Assembly: GCA_030704615.1 (NCBI GenBank)
Contig: CM060731.1
Coordinates: 54,126,001 to 54,190,000, forward strand
DNA: 64,000 nucleotides
Direction: 5' to 3'
From: Takakia lepidozioides
Taxonomy: Eukaryota > Plantae > Bryophyta
The first letter of the stretch is position 1, and every line of letters begins with the position of its first letter. Made by a program: the position numbers and the translations under genes. Under the pieces are notes generated by a model that saw only the letters and a program-made list of their open reading frames with translations, was not told the DNA's origin and searched no databases. Positions 47,301 to 59,300 of this stretch are shown one piece after another.

Positions 47301-50300
47301 GTGGGTGTGGGCGATGTGGATAGGGTCATCATTGGGTACAACTATGGGGTGGCCATGAACATGGGCACATGTTTATGTATACTGTTACAGATCCTGTTTG
47401 ATCAAAATGAGTCTCTCACCTGATAAGGCACCATTCGCTGCTCAAACACACGCCTGCCTTCATCATCATCAGTAACAGATGCGACAAGCTCCATCAAGAA
47501 CTGCTCTAAGAAATCAGCTGCCGGCAATACCAATGCCACGTCGTTTGTAAGGTGTGAAACTCCATCCAAAAAAGGTTTCTGGATTCAACAGAAAGCCAAT
47601 AAGCAACAGTGTTTGGTTGAATGCTGAGACTCTGCTTTGTAAGGAGAGTTTTTCAAAGCTGTGGAGTAGAATGGGGCATAAAAGAAGACCAAGGAGGAAG
47701 CTCACAAGGATAATGGACGCTACTAATGTTCTATAAAGCCATAAAATATTGAAATAGCCGGAACTGGAGGTTATTAATTTCGCAACCGGAACCGTAGGTT
47801 ATAAAATGAAATGGTGCTTTATAACGTCTGTGGAAAGCTCATAGAGCTTATGGGACAAAATGGAAAGAAAAACATGAGAGAAAACAGGAAACCAGACTCA
47901 AAGATAAGAATTATTGTTCGAGTGATTGTCTAAGGGTGAATGCCTCGTGCAGGTAGGCTGCCAAGCATTTCTGATCCTCATAGTGAAAGACCTCAGTGAG
48001 AGATTGGGTTCCACGGAATAGACAATGGAATCTCCCACGGATCTCATAGTATAGAGGGCAATAGAAGAAATCAAATAACTGCTCAACGCTGGAAAAATCC
48101 TTAAGAGAAAGAAATGAGATGAAATGGCACTTTATAACGTCTGCAGGAAGCTCAAAGAGCTTATGGGACAAGAGGAAATGAAATGAAATGAAATGAAACA
48201 AGAAAGAGAGAGAGGCCACAAGCAGCCCAAGAGCAACTATTGCTCAAGCGGTTGTCTAAGAGGTAACACGTCATGCAGGTAAGCTGCCAAGCATTTGTAA
48301 TCCTCATAATGGAAGGCCTTCGTGAGAGATAAATGAAATGAAATGAAATGGTACTTTATAAAGTCCACGGAGAGATTGTACTCATAAGACATTGTTTGCC
48401 GTAGCCTTGTGGCCATTGACCCCGCGCCCACTTTGAACGGAACATAAAGGGACAGAAACTACCTTTGTCAGGGGCTGACGCCGGTAGTATGATTTACCTT
48501 GGAATAAACAGTTGATCCGAGATTTCCATATATCCTCCAGAAACCCCTTCACACAATCCGCAATCTGATGTGTGTGATTTGCCCAATAGCTAGACCCCAG
48601 AAGGGCCTGGGCTTTTGGCTCAGCCTCAAGATTTTCAAAGTTGTTAAACAGAGGTACAGGCACAATTTCCTTGATGGAATGGAAGAGGGTGTCCCGTTGG
48701 TGAGAGTACCCAGGACAATGAATCAGGAAGTGAATATTGTCTTCAGGTTGCCCACACAACGGGCACTTACAATCAACTGTTTGTTGTTCAACAGTAGGCT
48801 ACCTGTTGGAGTGTCAAGGTTATAGCCCTTGCACGGCACTTTGAGAACAGAACGGGACGGGTAGCTCAGTGGTAGAGCACCCCACTGGAATGGGGGAGGT
48901 CCTAGGTTCAATCCCTAGCCCGACCACACACCAGTGGTTTTCCAACATGGTATCAGAGCCAAGGTTGGGGCGGTGGTCAGAATGGGTGGGCATTAGCTAT
49001 AAGGGCTATGCCTTGAGGGGGAGTGTTGGAGTGTCAAGGTTATAGCCCTTGCACGGCACTTTGAGAACAGAACGGGACGGGTAGCTCAGTGGTAGAGCAC
49101 CCCACCGGAATGGGGGAGGTCCTAGGTTCAATCCCTAGGCCGACCACACGCCAGTGGTTTTCCAACACTACCCGCCCTGAGTTTGAATTTCAGTCTAGTG
49201 CCGAGGGTGGGTAGACCCTTGAGGTCATCCATGATGGCCTCACCCATGTCACAGACTGGAAACAGGTTGAGGGAAGTTTTCTGCCTAACTTCATTTTCTT
49301 CAGACAATTTCCTGGCAATAGACCTGGCTTCGGAAACTTCAGCTTCTAAGCCAGATTTATCCAGCAGGGTCATGGCTAGTGGACTAAGATTCAAATCCTT
49401 GAAAATCTCTTCTACCCTTTTCCGCCAGGATTTAGCCTGTTTGACAGGGCGGTCCTGCTTCCAAGATATAGAGTCGATTAACTTAGGATATCTGGTATTA
49501 GCCATACGTTGCAGCTGACCCCACCATCTGATTTTGAATTCATCGCGTCGGGAGCTTAAGGGAGGAATGCCAAACCCACCCCGAACAGCCACATTAGCTG
49601 TTTTGGAGCATGCTGACATGCACTCCTTGAGCACCCCGACTTGGATGGATTCAAGAGACTTAGCCTGGTTGGAGTTATCAATCCATTCAGCAGATGCATA
49701 CTCCAAGGCCGGCCTGATAACGCGGCAAAGCATGGTTTTTTTGACTTCAGAGTTGATCCCTCTGCAGTGGAAAAATTTAGTGAGACCCAGCGCTTTGCGT
49801 TTGCCAGATTGAACCACTCTTTGAATATGTGCTTCCCAATTACAGTTGGAGGAAAACTCAACACCAAGATAGGTGTAGGAGGGGAGAACAGGGATCTCTT
49901 GGCTTCCCCATTGCCACTTGAGATCGCCTCCTCCTTCCCCCCGGTCGTTGAATGCCACCACTGTGCATTTACTGACATTGGCCTCTAGCCCCCAAAGATC
50001 AAAGTATCTCTTCGCGCAATCTATCAGCCCCTGGAGGTTGGAAGGAGTCTCCCCTATGCCTGCGAAGTCATCCGCAAACATAAGGGCTGGTATGGTGGGG
50101 AGAGGGTACATCCTTGAGCTACACCTTGGTCTATGTCAAAGAAATTAGACTTCTGTCCATTTACAGTGACACAGCTTTTAGTGTGAGCATACAAGTTATG
50201 GACCACTCTCCACATCTTTCCCTTGATCCCGGAAGACCAGAGTCGGAGCCATAGACCGTCTCTCCACACTGTCATAGGCCTTTTTGACATCCAAGAAAAA

Positions 50301-53300
50301 GACAAAAGTAGGTTTCCCTTCTTTTTTCCTTCCCTGGATAATCTGGCTGAGTTATGATCCACGCAGCCCCTGTTTCGCCGAAAGCCAGCTTGGCCTTCAT
50401 GGAAACAACCTCTGGACTTCAGATCAACCTCGAGACGAGTACTTATAACTCTGCAGAATATCTTGCCAACTGCATTAAGAAGCGTGATGCCCCGATAGTT
50501 ACCCGGCTCTTCTCTGTCACCTTTCTTATATAAATTGACGTCCACGGAGAGAAAAGGAGGCACACCAATATGTCAAGGGGAGGTCCAGAGGACCTACAAG
50601 AAAAAGAATGTACTCATAAGACGTTGTTTGCCATAGCGTTGTGGCCATTGACACTGTGCCCAGTTTGAGCGGAACACAAAGGGACCGAACCTACTTTGTC
50701 AGGGGCTGATGCCGGTAGTAAGACTTACCTTGGAATAAACAATTGATCCGGGTTTTCCAGATATCCTCTAGAAATCCCTTTACACAAGCATCAACCTGCT
50801 GTGTGTGGTTTGCCCAATAACTAGGCCCCAAAGGGCCTGGGCTTTTGGCTCAGCCTCGAGACTTTCAAAGTTGATAAACAGAGGTACAGGCACAATACCC
50901 TTGATAGATTTGAAAAGAGCGTCTCTCTGGTGAGAGAACCCCGGACAATGAATCAGAAAATGAATATTGTCTTCAGGTTGCCCACACAACGGGCAATTGC
51001 ACTCTCCCTTTCCTCTCTGCTTCTGTTTGCTGTTCAAAGGTAGGCTTCCCGCCCAGGGTGAAATTTCAGTCTAGTGCCAAGAGTGGGTAGACCCTTGAGG
51101 TCATCCATGATGTCCTCCCCGATGTCACAGACTGGAAACAAGTTCAGGGAAGTTTTCTGCCTAACTTCATTTTCATCGGACAATTTCCTGGCAACAGACA
51201 TGGCTTTGGACACTACAGCCTCTAAGTCAGATTTATCCAGCAGTTTATCCAGTAGTACAGGAAAAAGAGAAGGGTGAAAAAGTAGAGAGTCATTACAAGG
51301 AATAGTTACCAGCTCTTTCTGGTACAGAGAGTGCAAGAGACATGCAGTGATAGCAACCGCCTGTGGATGCCATCTTGAGAGAATGGGTGCAAAGAGACTT
51401 GCATCCCTCTGAGCCAGCATCTGCACTTCCTCTGCAAGAAGAGCCAATGGGTGCTCATGGTTGGCTTTTGATTTTGACTCCACTTCCTTAAGGGTCTGCC
51501 AAACCATCCAATTGAATTTTAGAATGTCATTCAATTTTGAGCAAGGAGCTTTATCAGGTTAATTGCATCCTGTGGTCTTTCAAGTTGTCAGCAAAGAAAA
51601 TATGTAAAAACTACAGATTCTGCTCTTAAGGCCTTGACCTTATTATGGATCGTCTGTCGGTCACTTCATGGTATGCCACTTCTCGAGTTATGGCTTGTCT
51701 GTTGGCCACTTCTAGATACCGCATCAGACATGACAGCCAACTTGAGATGTTCAAGGATCTTTTACCCTTTTGTATGCCGACTTGATTGAAGGCCAGATGT
51801 AGTACTCTGCCTGCTTAGCCACAGCTGCCATCTTTTTGTGACCTGCACAGAAGTTATCAAGAATGTCATTGTTGTGACATAACAAAGGTCCAATCAAACT
51901 CAGCTAGGTCATGCAATAGTCCTTCACACAAAAATACCGAGAACATTTCTTTGAGAACCTGGCACACTCTACTTATATACCTTTAGCCTTTGACCTTGAC
52001 TTGAAAATCTGAACCATGGTGAACTTCCTCTAAATCAACCTGGTTCAGAGGCAGGACACTTCACTTTCCCAACCACTGCCCAAAGACTAATCATCACATC
52101 TCAAGCTTATCAGACAAACATCCTTTTTAGATCATGCCACCGCCAATGTTTTAAGGCCTAGGTCCACAAGTCTCTCACTGCATCTTACAAACATTTGTAC
52201 CATACCCCAGATTGCTCATTCTCATCTGCTATAAGCCTGCCCGAGATCATCGCAACTGTTGTCAAAACTTCCATCTTGCTGGGAGCCTGATATCAAAGCA
52301 TTCAAGCAAGTGTGAATGAGCCAATGTCCACCTCAATTGAAGCAGCTTTCAGTTATGTCAACCACTTCCATCATGGGTATGTGATAAGAGACACATTGCC
52401 TCTTGGAATATACACAAGGCTAGCCAGTTCTATGTACAAAGGCAAGAACCAAGCCCTGCCTTCAGAGTTACATACTATCTGGTTGTACTGGAATTATCTA
52501 GTATAGCCCAATAAACTGGTTGGACTAAGATTTTCAGTCATGAATGCTGGGTTTTCCTTGCACTGAATCTTCAAGGGCTCTCGCTTCAATATTCAGACAT
52601 GTGTGCATGGCCCATTTTTTTCTGGAAGATTGGAGTGATCCCCAGCTCGACAGAGAGCATCATCATTGTAGCATCAAGTAGGCAGGTCTGGAAGACACTA
52701 TAGGCTGCCATGGAATCACACTGTTGATTGCCATAAGAATTTATCTCGCTGAGTGATAAACATCAGGCCTGTTAAGCATGCAAAAGGGACTGAGCACTGC
52801 ACAAAGGTCAAGAAGGATTAAGGCGTGCTGAAGGAAGTGTGCAAGATTGTTTAAACCTCAGCCAACCTGTTCAGCCACAAACAAAGGAGGAACCCAATGA
52901 GGTTCGCTGTACTATATGTCGGGCAATCCCTATTATACCAAACAGACTCTTCTCCGTCCAGAAACAAAAGAAAGAAAGGTCTAATGATTACATTCTCTCT
53001 CTGATGCTTACACATACATCTGCAAAATGCAAATGGTAGTCTCCAAGTTGCTTGTCAGCCCATTGCTTAACAGGCATAAGCACCGATTGTACATAAGAAA
53101 GCTCCTGGGGTTCTTCAGCACCTTCCATTGTGGACCTTAACCCCCTCATGTAGAATCTCTCTTGTATACCTCGTTGGCTGTCAGACACAATTCTCTTGAT
53201 TTGTTGCGTGGCATGTTGTAGCAGAGCTGACTCCCCTGTCAACACATACTGCAACCAGAACAAATCAGCATCACAGTGAAGGAAGGAACGTCTAATGTCC

Positions 53301-56300
53301 ACTGGGGCCCCTGAGGAGCTTGGGACAAAGTAGGGTAACAAGCAAACTACAGCAAAGGACTCCAAACGCTGCTCCGAGACAAATTGTATCATACAGGTAA
53401 GCTCCCTCGTTGTTTAAAAGAAAGTCACACCCATGGATACTGAAGGCTTTGTCTAAGAGGGGGAGAAGAATTCTTATGTCTGTGGGAGGCTGAAGGAGCC
53501 AGGGATAGAATGTACTCATAGGATGTTGTTTGCCGTAGCCTTCTGGCCATTGACCCCAGAGGGGAAGAAGAATTCTTATGTCTGTGGGAGGCTGAAGGGA
53601 TAGACTGTACTCATAGGATGTTGTTTGCCATAGCCTTCTGGCCATTGACCCCATGCTCAGTTTGAGCGGAACAGAAAGGGAAGGAGCCAGGCATAGAGTA
53701 TCAATTTAAGTACAGAGGAGCATCCAGGCTTACATGTTAATGGAAAACAATTGATAGGGCATAATGAGAAAATATAACAACAGAGTAGAAATGCAGAAAA
53801 CAGACACTAATGAAACCCCAAACTCGTGACCTCAAAATACTTATGGGTCTAGGAGTGTGTGACAAACCAAGACACAATACCCAATAGGACTAAGGGTTTT
53901 CATGTGTTTTGAAAAGGGGTCAATTGTATAGCTATTGAAATCTCACTTGCTATTTGGAGTTTACCTGACGAAAGAGAACCCAAGCATAACAAGTGTCATG
54001 CACAGTCTGTGTGATTCCTAAGACCCGCCATGTTGACTTTAAGAGCTCTAAAATCTCTTCAACCTCCTGCATCAAAACACATGTGAAATCCACACGTGGT
54101 CGAGCCATCTTCAACATGCTTCATAATTCTTATACCAGTTTAAGCATCCAAATGTACAGAGCTCTCCCTGGGTCTGTAACAAGGAAGCCAACTGACATGC
54201 TCCTGAAAGTCACCTGTCAAAATGTCTTTATAGCATATGACAGTCTGAAAAAAGCAGCCAAAGATCATGGGGACCCACTGATGAGACAACCAAGGCTGGC
54301 AGACAGATGTGGAACTCTAACTACCAGCCTACTTAGGATGTAAGAACCAGAATTGCACTCTCTACAATTTAGATAGCTACTGGGGAGTACTCCACAAGAG
54401 GTGGACACTGCAGAAACACCACTTAACCAGATGTGCATGCATGGAGCTTGTGTATGTCAGAGAGTCCTAGCAACAAGCAGAACGAAAGGGGTTGAGTCAA
54501 GTACCTCCACAAGCTGGCCTTCATCCAGAACATCAAATACACTCAGGAGCAGGTTTTCATACAGGTGCACATTGAGATGGTAGCCATCTGCCCAATGGCA
54601 GACCTCACCTGACTGGTCACCCCTCCCAGCCCTTTCGGCCAAGGCAAGAGTCACCCCTCTCATGGGTTTTAAGCTCTCTGCGTGCTGGGCAGGACCTGCA
54701 GGAGAGGGAAGAGTCTGCAACATGTTGCCCACATTTCCATGTTCAGATCAAAGGCAGTACAATCTATCACACTGTATAGTGTCACCCACTCGGCCCGAGG
54801 GTCCCCCAATGGAGATTATTAAGTTTCTAGGTTATTAAGTTATTAAGTACCATTTCATTTCTAACTGGTTTCATTTCTTTCTTTTCATCTCTTTTCATCT
54901 TTATTACAAGGAAATGAATGAAATGGTACTTTATAAAAGAAACAATCATACTTCGTAAAACAAACGCCTCAATCACAACTTTGGCAAGCCAAAGTTTGGC
55001 CCTTTCAGCCTCCCTGTATGGAGTATCTTTCTTTATAAAGTTCCTTCTTTTCCTTTCCTTTCTCTAGTTCCACTGTGTCGCATAAGCTCTTTGAGCTTTC
55101 CATGGACATGATAAAGTATGAGAGTTCTGGGCACCTAGTGTCCCAGTTTCCTGGTGGGAAAAAATTTGGAATTGCTGCAAATGTCTTCTAGGAATGGTTG
55201 GGAGCTAGAGCTCACAAATTCTATGAGCGGAATCTGCAGGCATACCACTTAATACTGAAGCCATCTTCAGGCTTACAATCTTTCTTACAAGGTTACCAGA
55301 CCTTCCACCCAAAGGGCTGAGAAAAGTCGGAAACTTTAACATGGCTTTAACATGGCTTTTGACACAAACCCCTCCAAGTCAGGTTCATCCAGTAATGTCA
55401 ATTCTTCTGGACTATTATTCAAATACATAACAATCTGTTCTACCCTTTTCCGCGACTTAGCCTGTTTAACAGGAGGGTCTTGCTTCCAAGAAATAGAGTC
55501 GATTATCTTAGGGTATCTAGTATTGGACATGCGACTTAACTGACCCCAACCATCTAACCTTGAATTCGTCTTGTCAAGAGCTTAAGAGAGGTATGCCAAA
55601 CTGGCCCTGAACAGCCACATTAGCTGTTCTTGAGCACCTGAATGGATTCTAGAGACTTACCATGGTTGGTATTGACGACCCACAGAGCAGACGCATACTA
55701 TGGTCCTCTTAACTTCAGTATACACCCTCTGCAGTGGAAAAATGACTTCTTGTACATGCAGTAGAGCTGGAGGACAACTCAATACCACAATATGCATAGG
55801 AAGGGAGTACATGGATCTCTTCATTACCTCATTACTCCACTTGAGATCCCCTCCTCCCTCCCCACGGTTGTGGAATGCCACCACTGCGCACTTACGAACA
55901 TTAACTTCTAGGTCCAACAGGTCAAAGAACCTCTTTGAACAGTAAATCAACTCCTGGAGATTGGATGGGGTATCCCCTGCCTGCGAAGTCATCCGCAAAT
56001 ATAAGAGCCGGTATGGTGGCTCAACCACCTTTAACCCAAACCCCTCACTTTCCACTTCTTCAAGAAGCTGATTGATGAAACATTGAAGAGCAGTGGGGAG
56101 AGGGTACAGCCTCGTGCTACACTTTCATCTATATCAAAGAAGTTAGACTTCTGGCCATTGCCCGTAACACAGCTTTTGGTGTTCACATACAGGTCGTGAA
56201 CCATCCTCCACATCATTTCCCTGACCCTAGAAGACCAAAGCCGAGCCACAGCCCATCACACCGTACTGTGTCTTTTGACATCCATGAAGAGGACAAAAGT

Positions 56301-59300
56301 GGGCTTTCCTTCTTTTCACCTTCCGTGGTTAGGGTGCAGATATGGTCAGTGGAGCCCCTATCTCACCGAAGCCAGCCTGGCCTTCATGAAAACCACCTCT
56401 AGACCCCAGATCAACCTCGAGACGGGTGCTTACTATCCTACAAAATAGCTTGCCAACAGCGCTAAGGAGAGTGATGCCACGATAGTTCCCAGGCTTACCT
56501 TTCTTCAACAGATTGACAATGATTCCTTCCTGAAAGGGAATCAATTCGGTCTGCCAAATAAGGTTAAAGAGACGGGCAAGAGCCTCTACCATAGGGTCAC
56601 CACCACACGTGATTAGCTCATTGACAATGCCATCAGGTCCATCTCTAGCCACTTGGATGTTTTACAGCTTCCACAACATAATGAGTGTGTTGAATTGTAT
56701 TCCTTTGAGATAGTCTGCAGATAGAGACTTGTAGGTGGGACAGCCTACAGAGCGAGGACCACCTGTCCCCTGCTTGCGCCAGGGATACCAGGAGGGAAAC
56801 CGAAAGTGGATAACATCTGTCCTTTCTACTATGAGATATGCGGGAGATGCTATTGTCTATTCTGAGGTAGCCAATCTCTCAAAGAGGTGTTCCATTATGA
56901 GGATCAGAAGTGCTTAGCAGCATATCTGAATGTGTTGACCCTTAGACAATCCCTTGATCAATAGTTATTTTCAGGCTGTTTGTGGAGGCCCCACACTATT
57001 TCTTGAATCTCTCTTCCACGGACGTTATAAAGCACCATTTCATTTCATTTCTCTTCCTCTTGTCCCATAAGCTTCCCATGGACATTATAAAGTACCATTT
57101 CATTTCTCTTTCTTTTGAGCTTCCCATTTTTTGGCAGAGGCGTTCAGCTTTGAAGAGCCAAACTGCCAACAGCCTACCTGCTTCAGGTGACACTTGACGT
57201 ATTCTGAAGTAGTTCTTGATGGGTTCTACCTTGTCCCATGCACCCTCATGACCATTTGTGGACGTTACTAAGTTCTTTGAGACGTTGTAAGGGTCCAATT
57301 TTTCTTTCTTATCCCCCCAAGGACGTCAGTCCTACTAGAACCACCAATTGGCATCAGGGCAATTTATTCACCACATTACATGCATGTCAGATCAGGGGAG
57401 AACTCTGCGCCTATATTTGAAAGCTAACTAATTGAAGGAAAGAATAGAGGACGTTATAAAGGTCCTATTTTTCTTTCTTAGCCCCCCAAGGACATCAGTC
57501 CTACTTGTTGGAGGTGTCAAGGCTATAGCCCTTGCACGGCACTCTGAGAACAGAGGTAGAGCACCCCACCGGAATGGGGGAGGTCCTAGGTTCAATCCCT
57601 AGCCCGACCACACGCCAGTGGTTTTCCAACACTACTCATCAATTGGCATCAGGGCAAAGAGCATCATAATGCCTTATCATTTATGTCAGACCAGGGGAGA
57701 ACTCTAGGCCTATATTTGAAAGCTAACTGCTTGAACGAAAGGATAGACCGTATCCAAGACAACAGCTAGTGCGGCATGCTTTCCAACCTCTCCGTTAAGT
57801 TCTCCACATCCCTGACAAGGGTGCACAGCTTCTGAGTCAGTTGCCAGATAGTAAAGCTAACATGAGATAAAGGAAAGAGGCTGGTGGCTGTTTAGGTCTG
57901 CTTTGTCCTTGGCAGAGGCCTTCAGCTGTGATCATCTACAGCTAACCTGCATGGCGCACCAAACTGAGCGACCTTAAGGGTTGTATGCATAGCCTTTGGA
58001 CATCCCATGGATGCAGTAAACTTGTTGCTTCTTCTGTCTTTTGTACTTCATACTACAGGGACACGAGGGTAAAAATGTCTTCTAGTCTTCCTTCTGTCTC
58101 CATCTTTGCATCGAATGCATCCACATTTACCGCGGCACGCCAAGCATGGTTCTCAACCTCCCTTACATGACCATCTACAATATAGGTTCAAATTGAGTCA
58201 ACAAAAAAACCTGAAACAGGGTGAATACCTCGGCTTCTTCAATTTTGGCAATCAGACCACGGAGTGCAGCTGCCATGCGATCCGAATGTTCAAGCCCAAG
58301 AGCAGGATGAACAAATAGCCCTTCAATCAGAAGATTGATCTGTGAACAGACCCAGACATCTTGTCACCATCATCAACTACACAAGTAAACCGAATTTTAA
58401 TGAACCAATTGTTGAGCCACTTGACACGATCCCGGCACGTACAAGTCAAGTACGATGATATTTGGGCTGGCTACAGGACAGGACCATTGCCTATACCAGC
58501 ATGTATTGTTCTATAGATTGCATGCACCAACTTGGAAATTGTCGAAAGTCTTGGTGAGGATGCAGAGAATATGGTCAACAAATAGTAAAACGTGACACTG
58601 AAATTCTTCATAGAACTGGAGCTTTGAGGTCCATGTCCATTCCTAAGATTCTGCCTTGATCAGTTAGTTCCTGTCCTGCCTTTCGAGGGATAATCCTTGG
58701 GTTATTCCCTTGGGACGGGCTAAAAGGTGCAAGAAAAGGTCTTTGGCCTGTGATAATTCTTTTCTTGGGTGGATATCTTATAAATACAAAACATATGGCG
58801 TTAAAAGAAATGAAACGAAAGAGATACATCATATGGCAAGAAATCTACCTAACTGACCCTCTATGATAGAGAAGAAAAAGAAAATGCATACCCGGCAGCA
58901 CCAACAGATGCAAGTAAAACTTCATAAGCTGTCTCACGGAGATCATCATCTGATAATCCTACAGAAACATGTAAACAAGAAAAAAACCTCAGATCGTTTG
59001 TTTGCATGTTGATGGCGTAAAACTGGCATGATAGCCTTAACCTTCAACTTAAAGAAGTAACATCTGACTTTGAGATGGATATCCACATGTGAGGCATCCT
59101 GCCATTCTAACATTTTAGAGGGCAGCAAGAGTTGGAGCCTTTAACTGCCACCATGCAACTCCTTGAGGGTTCAGAAGCTTCTGAAAAAGCTGTTCTGAGG
59201 ATGTTCTCAAAGACACTGTCATTTGCTTATGCCGCTTAAATCCATCCTAAGATCACCATGATTGGGTGTTGGACAGCTGGCAGATACCTTGCAGGTTCGA

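Larger units (their letters stand above)
48376..50539 (-). mobile_element. 5'-truncated non-LTR retrotransposon (RTE/RTEX-like LINE, family 1) with 13-bp TSD
   Basis: RT motifs KKGDREEPGNYRGITLL, QAGFR, GVAQGCTLSP, LMFADD, YTYLG; C-terminal C..CG..EDNIHFLIHCP; TSD gtccacggagaga at 48363-48375 and 50540-50552; frameshifted and interrupted by a TRIM. Confidence 0.9.

Noticed and set aside
44270-49146. Four apparent tRNA genes (GGA anticodon position)
   Set aside because: All lie inside TRIM LTRs; most lack U33, have an A31:G39 mismatch and a short variable loop incompatible with tRNA-Ser. Treated as promoter cassettes, not decoding tRNAs.
51034-51534. ORF fusing PATROL1 and LINE peptides
   Set aside because: Read-through past the GT donor at 51309 into an intronic LINE remnant.
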